The position numbers and the translations under genes are program-made. Below, in pieces: positions 1-6,734 of a stretch of 19,497 nucleotides of DNA. The stretch comes from Gemmatimonadota bacterium. GTDB lineage: Bacteria; Gemmatimonadota; Gemmatimonadetes; Longimicrobiales; RSA9. Location of the stretch: positions 1 through 19,497 of the forward strand of contig JBBDRO010000081.1 of assembly GCA_040905425.1 (NCBI GenBank). Reading direction: 5' to 3'. Position 1 is the stretch's first letter. Every line of letters starts with the position of its first letter. The notes below the pieces were generated by a model that worked only from the letters and a program-made list of their open reading frames with translations, made no database searches and was not told where the DNA came from.

Positions 1-51
1 ATCCTCTTCAACTGCGGTGGTCTCGACCTCTACCCACACAATGTCTTATAG
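1..51 (+). CDS. ISL3-family transposase, C-terminal 16 codons only (5' partial)
   Basis: atc ctc ttc aac tgc ggt ggt ctc gac ctc tac cca cac aat gtc tta tag; motif recognised from family knowledge. Confidence 0.75.
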   Translation: MLFNCGGLDLYPHNVL

Positions 52-55
52 AGCC
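1..55 (+). mobile_element. Right end of an ISL3-family insertion sequence (transposase 3' end plus right inverted repeat ending ...AGAGCC)
   Basis: Frame +1 reads ILFNCGGLDLYPHNVL*, matching the ILF(H)CGGLDLYP C-terminus typical of many ISL3 transposases. It is followed by CCCACACAATGTCTTATAGAGCC (33-55), whose reverse complement starts GGCTCT as ISL3 ends commonly do. The stop codon lies inside the IR. Confidence 0.8.
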
Positions 56-78
56 CGTCAAGGAAGCGAACCTCGGCC

Positions 79-131
79 AAAAGCGACGAACACCGCGCCA
101 GCCCCCGGAGGCCAGCGCGGCGTCGTCGCTT
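79..131 (-). terminator. Probable intrinsic terminator of the PQQ dehydrogenase operon
   Basis: AAGCGACGA (81-89) and TCGTCGCTT (123-131) form a perfect inverted repeat, extended inward by CCGCGC/GCGCGG. The mismatches become G-U pairs on the minus strand and the stem ends in UUUU (rc of 79-82). It lies about 20 nt downstream of the stop at 151. Confidence 0.6.
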
Positions 132-150
132 ACGAATGTCCGGTGAAGAC

Positions 151-1752
151 CTAGAAGATCCGCAGCGCCACCAGCGAGCCCGGCAGTCCCCCGCCGCTCA
201 CCGCCGAGACGATGTACTGCACGCCCTCGTGCATGAACGTCATGGGCGCGGTGTTGGTGGGCGCGGGCAGCTCCACCGTGGCCAGCTCCTCACCGGTGCG
301 CTTGTCCACGGCGTGCAGGAGCGGCGCGCCGCCGCGGCCCTCGCCGTAGATGAGCAGGGTGGGCGTGACCAGCGCGGTGGCGTGTGAGCCCTTCCCGGTG
401 ACGGGCAGCTCCACGCCCGCGAGCGCCGGATGGTTCTTGACGTTGTCCGGCGTGTCCCCGTTGGGGATCCACCAGAGGTGCTCGCCGGTGTTCAGGTCGA
501 CGGCGGTGATGCGGCCGTAGGGCGGCTTGAGGAGCGGCAGCCCCTGGGGGCCGCGCACGCCGCCCGGGCCCTGCGTCACCCAGTCCATGTTGGCGTCCGG
601 GGTCTCGGAGCCGGGGAAGAGCTGCGGCGCGCTGCACGCGCGGGTGGAGGCCACGTAGAGGATGCCGGTCTCGGGGTCCACCACGCTGCCGCCCGGGATG
701 TTGGTGCCGCCGTTGGCGCCCGGGCAGACGAGGGCGGCGTTGGTGCCGTCCGCCGCGCCCCGTATGGAGGGCGGGGCGAAGAGCGGCCCCATGCGGAAGC
801 CCTTCACCAGCTCCAGAGCCTCGGCGCGCAGCTCCGGTGTGAAGTCGATGAGGTCATCCTCCGTGATGCCCTGCTGCTCGTAGGGCGCGGGCCGCGTCGG
901 GAACGGCTGCGTGGGCGCGGTCCACTCGCCCGGCACGTCGGAGGCGGGCACGGGGCGCTCCTCGATGGGCCAGACCGGCTCGCCCGTCTCCCGGTTGAAG
1001 ACGTACGCAAAGCTCTGCTTGGTGGTCTGCACCACGGCGGGGATGCGCTCGCCGTCCACGGTGATGTCCACCACCGGGGGCGAGGAGTTGGTGATGTAGC
1101 CGCGCTCGATGGGCAGCCCGTTGTCCCCGTCGTAGGGGTAGCCCAGGTCGGCCAGGAGGTCCACGATGCCGTCCTCACCGAAGGCCTCCACCGGGCGGCC
1201 GGTCTCGGCGTCCAGCGCGATCAGGTAGAAGCCCGGGTCCACCACGTAGATGCGGCCGCGCCCGTCCACCACGTCGTAGGCCACGCCCTTGCCGTAGTTC
1301 TTGCGCATGGAGTCTTCCCAGCGCTTGGTGTGCCGCATGCGCCACATCCAGAGCGTCTCCCCCGTGGCCGGGTCGATGGCGATCACGGCGCGCCGCTGGC
1401 CCGCCACGGTGAAGAGCTTGCCCTCGGCGTAGATGGGGGTGGCGCGCAGGATGTTGTCCACGCTCGGCCCGTAGTTGTCCCCGCGCCACACCCACGCCAC
1501 CTCCAGCTCCTCGAAGTTGTCACGATCGATCTGGCTGAGCGGCGCGTGGCGCGTGCTGCCGGCGTCCCCCCAGGCATAGCCCCAGCCGCCGTTCTGTTGG
1601 GCGGCCAAGGGGGCGGCCAGCGCCAGGACGCTCACCGCGAGCAGGGCGATCAGGGGGATGGGTGCGGAGGCCCGGAGGGCGGTCAGGGGGACGGGTGCGG
1701 CGGCGCGGAGGGCGCGGGCACCGCTCAGGAGAAGCGAACGACCTCTGGACAT
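151..1752 (-). CDS. Secreted PQQ-dependent dehydrogenase (glucose/quinate-type beta-propeller), 533 aa, with an internal in-frame deletion of about 140 aa; possibly inactive or a pseudogene
   Basis: Signal peptide ending ...LAAQQ; PQQ propeller motifs (AIDPATGETLW, ALDAETG, AVDLNTGEHLW, AVDKRTGEEL); family motifs TKQSFAYVFNRETGEPVWPIEERPVP, PTQPFP and KPPYGRITA. Collinear with the paralog at 2310-4280 except at the junction SSPPVV|DITVDG. Confidence 0.85.
   Translation of the reverse strand: MSRGRSLLLSGARALRAAAPVPLTALRASAPIPLIALLAVSVLALAAPLAAQQNGGWGYAWGDAGSTRHAPLSQIDRDNFEELEVAWVWRGDNYGPSVDNILRATPIYAEGKLFTVAGQRRAVIAIDPATGETLWMWRMRHTKRWEDSMRKNYGKGVAYDVVDGRGRIYVVDPGFYLIALDAETGRPVEAFGEDGIVDLLADLGYPYDGDNGLPIERGYITNSSPPVVDITVDGERIPAVVQTTKQSFAYVFNRETGEPVWPIEERPVPASDVPGEWTAPTQPFPTRPAPYEQQGITEDDLIDFTPELRAEALELVKGFRMGPLFAPPSIRGAADGTNAALVCPGANGGTNIPGGSVVDPETGILYVASTRACSAPQLFPGSETPDANMDWVTQGPGGVRGPQGLPLLKPPYGRITAVDLNTGEHLWWIPNGDTPDNVKNHPALAGVELPVTGKGSHATALVTPTLLIYGEGRGGAPLLHAVDKRTGEELATVELPAPTNTAPMTFMHEGVQYIVSAVSGGGLPGSLVALRIF
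1643..1714. repeat. 33-bp imperfect tandem duplication (about 2.2 copies) in the signal-peptide region
   Basis: AGGGCGATCAGGGGGATGGGTGCGGAGGCCCGG / AGGGCGGTCAGGGGGACGGGTGCGGCGGCGCGG / AGGGCG; encodes ALRAAAPVPLT-ALRASAPIPLI-AL. Confidence 0.8.
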
Positions 1753-1759
1753 GGCGGCA

Positions 1760-2218
1760 TCACCGTTCGGGAGTGGGAGGGGGCGGGAGCCGCAGCTTGT
1801 CGAGCGCCTCGACGTCGGTGGGCAGGGGCTGCTCCCCGGCCGGCTGCTTGTTCAGCTCCAGGATGTAGGCCACCATGGCCGCCGCCTGCTCGGGGCTGAG
1901 ACTCCCCGGGAAGTCCTGCGGCATGGTGTCGCGGATATGCACGAAGAGCAGGCGCGCCGACTGGCCGAACCAGCGCTGCTTGAAGGTGTCCTCGGCAAAC
2001 TCGCGCGGGCCGTGGCAGAGCGAGCACTGGGCGTCGTAGATCTGCTTGCCCTGGTTGGCCTGCACCTCCGTGAAGTGGGCGCGCTTCTCCTGCGCCTGCG
2101 CCGGTGCCGCCGGTAGCACGGCCAGCGCCAGCAGCGCCAGGGTCAGCGCCGACGCGGGCGCCGCGGCGCGCGTGAGGAGTCGCGGAAATCGTCCGTGCGG
2201 TGGTAAAGCCATGGTCAT
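1760..2218 (-). CDS. Secreted monoheme class I cytochrome c (about 152 aa)
   Basis: Signal peptide ending PAQA-Q, heme motif CSLCH preceded by GKQIY, distal Met in DTMP, and C-terminal helix VAYIL. Start taken at ATG 2218 (2212 is an alternative) rather than 2368. Confidence 0.9.
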   Translation of the reverse strand: MTMALPPHGRFPRLLTRAAAPASALTLALLALAVLPAAPAQAQEKRAHFTEVQANQGKQIYDAQCSLCHGPREFAEDTFKQRWFGQSARLLFVHIRDTMPQDFPGSLSPEQAAAMVAYILELNKQPAGEQPLPTDVEALDKLRLPPPPTPER

Positions 2219-2309
2219 GCTATGTGTTGCGGGGGAGCGGCATCGACGCGACGCCTGGCTACCTTGTCGTGCAGCTATACCCACAATAGGGCAAAAAGAA
2301 CCGCACGCG

Positions 2310-4280
2310 CTACCCCCCGGGCAGCGCGAGCGCCACCAGCCGCGAGGGCACGTCGCCGCGCGGGTCACCGATCCAGAAGGCCACGTATTGCCGGCCCCCG
2401 ATGGCGTACGTCATGGGCGGGCTGGTCACCGGCGCGGGCAGCTCCAGCTCCCACAAGATCTCACCGGTGGCCTTGTCGTGGGCGCGCAGGAACGGCTCGC
2501 CGCCCGTGCCCTCCCCGGCAAAGAGCAGCGTGGCCGTGGCCAGCAGGACGGGGCGGGCGCTGCTGCCGGTGCGCGGCAGCTCGATGCCCAGCTCGGCCGC
2601 GGCCGCGCGGATCCGCTCCGGGGTGTCCCCCGCCGCCATCATCCAGGCGTGCTCGCCCGTGTTCAGGTCGATGGCCGTGAGGCGGCTGTAGGGCGGCTTG
2701 ATGAGCGGCAGCCCCTCCACCGTGGGCACGCGCCCGCCCGCGAAGACGTAGTCCATGTCCGAGCGCTCGGGGCGCGGCGCCACCAGCGCCAGGACCGAGG
2801 GGCTGGTGTAGGAGCCCACGAAGAGCAGCCCCGTCCCGGGGTCGAAGGCGCCGCCCTCCCAGTTCGTGCCGCCCAGCGTCCCGGGCAATGACAGCGTGCC
2901 GCGCGTGCTGTCGGGCGCCTCCCGCAGCGAGGCGGGGCTGTAGAGCCGCCCCAGCCGGAAGGGGCGCACGGCCTCCAGCGCGGCAGCGCGTAGCTCCGGC
3001 GTGAAGTCGATCAGATCCGCCTCGGTCACGCCCTGGCGGTCGTACGCCGCGGGCTTCGTGGGGAACGGCTGGGTGGGGCTGGCCCGCTCGCCGGGCACGT
3101 CGGAGGCGGGGACGGCCCGCTCCTCGATGGGCCACACCGGCTCCCCGGTGACGCGGTCGAAGACATAGGCAAAGGCCTGCTTGGTGAGTTGCACCACCGC
3201 TTCCACGGGGCGGCCGTCCACCACCACGTCCGCCAGGATGGGCGCCGTGGGGTTGTCCCGGTCCCAGATGTCGTGGCGGATGATCTGATAGTGCCACACC
3301 CGCTCCCCGGTGCGGGCGTCCAGGCACACCAGACTGGTGGAGAAGAGGTTGTCCCCGGGGCGGTGGCCGCCGTAGTAGTCCCCGGTGGCCGCCTCCACTG
3401 GCACATAGATGAGGCCGCGGCGCTCGTCCAGCGACAGCGGTGCCCACGCGCCGGCGTTGCCGGTGTAGCGCCAGGACTCGTTCTCCCACGTCTCCACCCC
3501 GTACTCGCCCGCGCGCGGGATGGTGTGGAAGCGCCAGCGGAGGGCGCCCGTGCGCACGTCGAAGGCCATCACGTAGCCGGGCACGTTCTCCCGCGACGGC
3601 GGCGCTAGCCCCACGGCCAGCGCAGGCGCCACCACCACCACGTCCTCGAAGATCAGCGGCGGCGAGGAGGACCCGATGACCGCCTCGTCGGGATCCAGCG
3701 GCACGCCCAGCGCCAGCTTCACGTCCACCATGCCGTCCTGGCCGAAGCCGGGCACGGGCTGGCCGGTGCGGGCGTCCAGCGCCACCAGCCGATAGCCGGG
3801 CGTGACCACCAGGATGCGCGCGTCCGTGCCGTCACTCCAGTAGGACACGCCGCGGCCCGAGTTGGCGCGCGGCGCGATGGCGTTGCGGCGCTCCTCGTCG
3901 AAGCGCCACACCCACTTCGTCTCGCCCGTGGAAGCGTCGGCCGCGATCACGGCGCGGTGCCGGCCGGCGGTGAAGTACAGCGTGCCGTCCACCGCCAGCG
4001 GCGTGCTCTGATTGCGGTACTCGGTCTCCCCCTCGAGTACGGCGTCCGAATGCCAGTTCCAAGCGACGGCGAGCCGGTCCACGTTCCCGGCGTGGATCCG
4101 GGCCAGCGGCGAGTAGCGCTCTCCGCCGGGACGGCCGTGGTGGTAGGGCCAGTCCAGGTCGGCAGCCAGGGAGGCCGCGGCGGCTCCGGCGGGCGGAGGG
4201 CCAGAGGCGCAGGCGGAGAGGGCGGCACAGGCCGCGCCGACCAGGACGAGCGCGCACGGCGCCGGAAGCAGTGCCTTCAT
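2310..4280 (-). CDS. PQQ-dependent dehydrogenase (glucose/quinate/shikimate type), probable lipoprotein, 656 aa
   Basis: Start MKALLPAP with lipobox LSA-C; complete propeller with NQSTPL, SGRGVSYW, GNAGAW, GDNLFSTSLVCLD and HDIWDRD motifs. It has neither the N-terminal multi-TM anchor of membrane GDH nor the vicinal Cys-Cys of methanol/alcohol dehydrogenases. Confidence 0.92.
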   Translation of the reverse strand: MKALLPAPCALVLVGAACAALSACASGPPPAGAAAASLAADLDWPYHHGRPGGERYSPLARIHAGNVDRLAVAWNWHSDAVLEGETEYRNQSTPLAVDGTLYFTAGRHRAVIAADASTGETKWVWRFDEERRNAIAPRANSGRGVSYWSDGTDARILVVTPGYRLVALDARTGQPVPGFGQDGMVDVKLALGVPLDPDEAVIGSSSPPLIFEDVVVVAPALAVGLAPPSRENVPGYVMAFDVRTGALRWRFHTIPRAGEYGVETWENESWRYTGNAGAWAPLSLDERRGLIYVPVEAATGDYYGGHRPGDNLFSTSLVCLDARTGERVWHYQIIRHDIWDRDNPTAPILADVVVDGRPVEAVVQLTKQAFAYVFDRVTGEPVWPIEERAVPASDVPGERASPTQPFPTKPAAYDRQGVTEADLIDFTPELRAAALEAVRPFRLGRLYSPASLREAPDSTRGTLSLPGTLGGTNWEGGAFDPGTGLLFVGSYTSPSVLALVAPRPERSDMDYVFAGGRVPTVEGLPLIKPPYSRLTAIDLNTGEHAWMMAAGDTPERIRAAAAELGIELPRTGSSARPVLLATATLLFAGEGTGGEPFLRAHDKATGEILWELELPAPVTSPPMTYAIGGRQYVAFWIGDPRGDVPSRLVALALPGG

Positions 4281-4329
4281 CGTGCAGTCCCTGTCAGACG
4301 TTGCGGGAGCGAGCGACTGGACGCCGGCA

Positions 4330-4360
4330 TTGACGCGGAAGGCCGACCCATTGAATGATA
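4330..4360. promoter_or_regulatory. Candidate divergent promoter elements
   Basis: In the 137-bp divergent gap: TTGACG (4330-4335) - 18 nt - AATGAT (4354-4359) on the plus strand, an overlapping TATCAT on the minus strand (4355-4360), and the palindrome CATTGAATG (4349-4357). Confidence 0.3.
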
Positions 4361-4417
4361 GGGGGTCCCCCCGCCACAAGGCGAGCCGCTTCTTCCCTCC
4401 CCCTTTCGGAGGAGCGC

Positions 4418-5236
4418 ATGCACGGGTATTTCCGCATCGTAGGACCGGCCGCGGCGCTGGTCCTCCTGGCGCCCACGCCGGCCGCCGCCCAACCCGCGCG
4501 GCAGCCGCTGCCGCTCGAGCCGCCACGCGCGGCCGGGCTGGCCGTGAGCCCCGTCTACGAGGGCTGGTACCGGAACCCGGACGGCACGTTCAGCCTCTCC
4601 TTCGGTTACCTCAACCGGAATCGCGAGGAGGTGGTGGAGGTGCCAATCGGACCGCGCAACTACATCGCGGGCGCGGAACCACCGGCGGGCCTGCCCACCC
4701 GTTTCCTGCCGCGCCGCCACTACGGCGTCTTCACCGTGAACGTGCCCGCCGACTTCGGCGCCGACGACGAGGTGGTGTGGACCGTGGCCATCCGCGGCCA
4801 GACCTTTGCCATCCCCGGCCGGCTGAACCCCCTCTACGAGATCGACGCGCTGGGCGCCCCGGCCACCGGGGACACGCCGCCGCTCCTGCGCTTCAGCCCC
4901 GGCGGCGGCGGCGCGAGCGGCCCGCACGGCGTGGTGGGCCCGCCGCTACAGGCGAGCGTGGGGGAGCCCCTCGACCTGGCCGTATGGGCCAGCGACGAGG
5001 AGGACGAGCGCGTCACGCTGCGCTGGACCAAGTGGTCGGGGCCGGGCGGCGTGGAATTCGCCGAGGCCACCCTGCGCACGGAAGTGGGGGAACCGCGCGC
5101 CGCCACCACCGCCACCTTCGACGCGCCCGGCGACTACGTGCTCTACGTGCGCGCCAACACGTCCGGCCTCTCCAGCGCCGGACACGAGCAGTGCTGCTGG
5201 ACCAATGGCTACCTGAACGTGACCGTCACGCGCTAG
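4418..5236 (+). CDS. Secreted hypothetical protein (272 aa) with a C-terminal Ig/PKD-like beta domain and a QCCWTN motif
   Basis: GGAGGAG RBS before ATG 4418; signal peptide ending AAA-Q; non-random motifs VSPVYEGWYRNPDG and FGYLNRN; PKD-like TATFDAPGDYVLYVRA; GC3-biased codons. Confidence 0.85.
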   Translation: MHGYFRIVGPAAALVLLAPTPAAAQPARQPLPLEPPRAAGLAVSPVYEGWYRNPDGTFSLSFGYLNRNREEVVEVPIGPRNYIAGAEPPAGLPTRFLPRRHYGVFTVNVPADFGADDEVVWTVAIRGQTFAIPGRLNPLYEIDALGAPATGDTPPLLRFSPGGGGASGPHGVVGPPLQASVGEPLDLAVWASDEEDERVTLRWTKWSGPGGVEFAEATLRTEVGEPRAATTATFDAPGDYVLYVRANTSGLSSAGHEQCCWTNGYLNVTVTR

Positions 5237-5266
5237 CACCGGGCCTGACCGGCCCCGGAGGCACAC

Positions 5267-6709
5267 ATGACAGAGCACTCGAAGTCCCGCAGGACGCTGT
5301 TCATTGCCGGCGGCACCGGCACGCTGATTGTGGCGGCGCTCACAGCTGTCGTGCTCGCCCCGCGCGTGGGCGCGGCGGACGCCGCGCGGCCACCCGCCGA
5401 ACAACCGGGCACCGCCGCGGAGGTGGATCCCTGGGGCGCGGGCCAGGACGCGCCGGTGACGTTCAGCGGGGACGTCGCTTCGATCCTGCAGCGCAGGTGT
5501 CAGGCGTGCCATCAGGAGGGCTCCATCGCGCCCATGTCCCTGGTGACCTACGAGGAGGCGCGCCCGTGGGGGCCGCTCATCCGGGACCGGGTGACCAAGC
5601 GCATCATGCCGCCGTGGCACCTGGACCGCGATCGGGGCATCCAGGCGTTCGCCAACGATCGGTCCCTGACGGACGAGGAGATCGCCACGCTCGTGCGCTG
5701 GGTGGACGCCGGCATGCCGGAGGGTGACCCGGCCGAGCTGCCGCCCCCCGTGGAGTGGCCGGACGGCAGGAACTTCGCGCTGTACGAGCGCCTGGGGCCG
5801 CCGGACCTGATCATCCGCTCGGATCCCTACGACGTGCCCGCTACCGGCCAGGACGCCTGGTGGCGGCCCACGGTGGAGACGGGCGTAGAGCGGCCGCGCT
5901 GGGTGCGGGCGGCGGAGATCAAGCCGTCCTATCCGGACGGGCGCAAGGTGGTGCACCACACGCTGGTCACGCTGCTGCAGAGTGAGGAGGGCATCACCGG
6001 GCTGGCCAGCAGCGCCGCGGGCGCCGTGGGGAGCCCCGGGCTACTCACGGAGTGGGCCATCGGCAAGGTGGGGGAGATCTATCCGGAGGACACCGGCAAG
6101 CTGCTCCTGCCCGGCTCGCGCATCCGCTTCGAGGTGCACTACTCCACCATGGCGGGCATCGAGGTGCCGGACAACCAGGTGGAGCTGGGGCTCTGGTTCT
6201 ACCCGGAGGACGTCACGCCGAAGTACCGGACCATCCTGCGCTTTTTCAACATTGCCGGGGACAGCGAGCTGGAGATCCCGCCGCACACCCTGACCACGCA
6301 CAGCAACACCTTCGTCATCCCGGCGCCCGCGCGCCTGGAGAGCTTCCAGCCCCATATGCACATGCGCGGGCGCGGCATGTCCATGGAAGCGCTCTATCCG
6401 GATGGCCGCAAGGAGCTGCTGAACATCGTCAGCGCGTTCCAGTGGAAGTGGCACAACAACTACATCTACGCCCCCGAGGCGGCGCCGCTGCTGCCCGCGG
6501 GCACGGTGCTCCAGTTCACCGCCTGGCATGACAACACGGCGTCCAATCCCGCCAATCCGGATCCCGACCAGTACGTCACCTGGGGGGACCGGACGGTGGA
6601 CGAGATGGCGCACGCGTGGGTGGGGATCACGTATCTGGAGCAGGCCGACTTCGAGCGTCTCGCGACCGAACGCGCCGCCGCGGCGGACCGTGTGGCGGCC
6701 AATCGGTAG
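5267..6709 (+). CDS. Cytochrome c / copper type II (PHM/DBH-like) monooxygenase fusion protein, 480 aa
   Basis: GGAGG RBS; N-terminal hydrophobic segment; CQACH (5498-5512) with distal Met in RIMPPW. Copper-ligand motifs VVHH, EVHY, PHMH and DEM appear in the order seen in peptidylglycine alpha-hydroxylating monooxygenase. Confidence 0.88.
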   Translation: MTEHSKSRRTLFIAGGTGTLIVAALTAVVLAPRVGAADAARPPAEQPGTAAEVDPWGAGQDAPVTFSGDVASILQRRCQACHQEGSIAPMSLVTYEEARPWGPLIRDRVTKRIMPPWHLDRDRGIQAFANDRSLTDEEIATLVRWVDAGMPEGDPAELPPPVEWPDGRNFALYERLGPPDLIIRSDPYDVPATGQDAWWRPTVETGVERPRWVRAAEIKPSYPDGRKVVHHTLVTLLQSEEGITGLASSAAGAVGSPGLLTEWAIGKVGEIYPEDTGKLLLPGSRIRFEVHYSTMAGIEVPDNQVELGLWFYPEDVTPKYRTILRFFNIAGDSELEIPPHTLTTHSNTFVIPAPARLESFQPHMHMRGRGMSMEALYPDGRKELLNIVSAFQWKWHNNYIYAPEAAPLLPAGTVLQFTAWHDNTASNPANPDPDQYVTWGDRTVDEMAHAWVGITYLEQADFERLATERAAAADRVAANR

Positions 6710-6734
6710 GCGGTCGTTGCCGGGTGGCCGGGCG

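Noticed and set aside
132..151. ACGAATGTCCGGTGAAGACC resembling a second ISL3-like end
   Set aside because: Only AATGTC and a GA..CC ending are shared with the IR at 33-55, and there is no partner end or transposase remnant.
2310..4280. Assignment as xoxF/mxaF/exaA or gcd
   Set aside because: It lacks the vicinal Cys-Cys of alcohol dehydrogenases and the membrane anchor of Gcd, so the substrate cannot be called.
4281..4526. ORF-track 5' extensions (2310..4526, also 1760..2368, 4355..5236, 6528..7781, 14331..16097, 15806..16381)
   Set aside because: Most overlap neighbouring genes, and downstream starts give a proper signal peptide, RBS or stop/start coupling.
5285..5302. SRRTLF as a Tat signal on the monooxygenase
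   Set aside because: It is an imperfect match to S-R-R-x-F-L-K, and c-type cytochromes are normally Sec-exported; left undecided.
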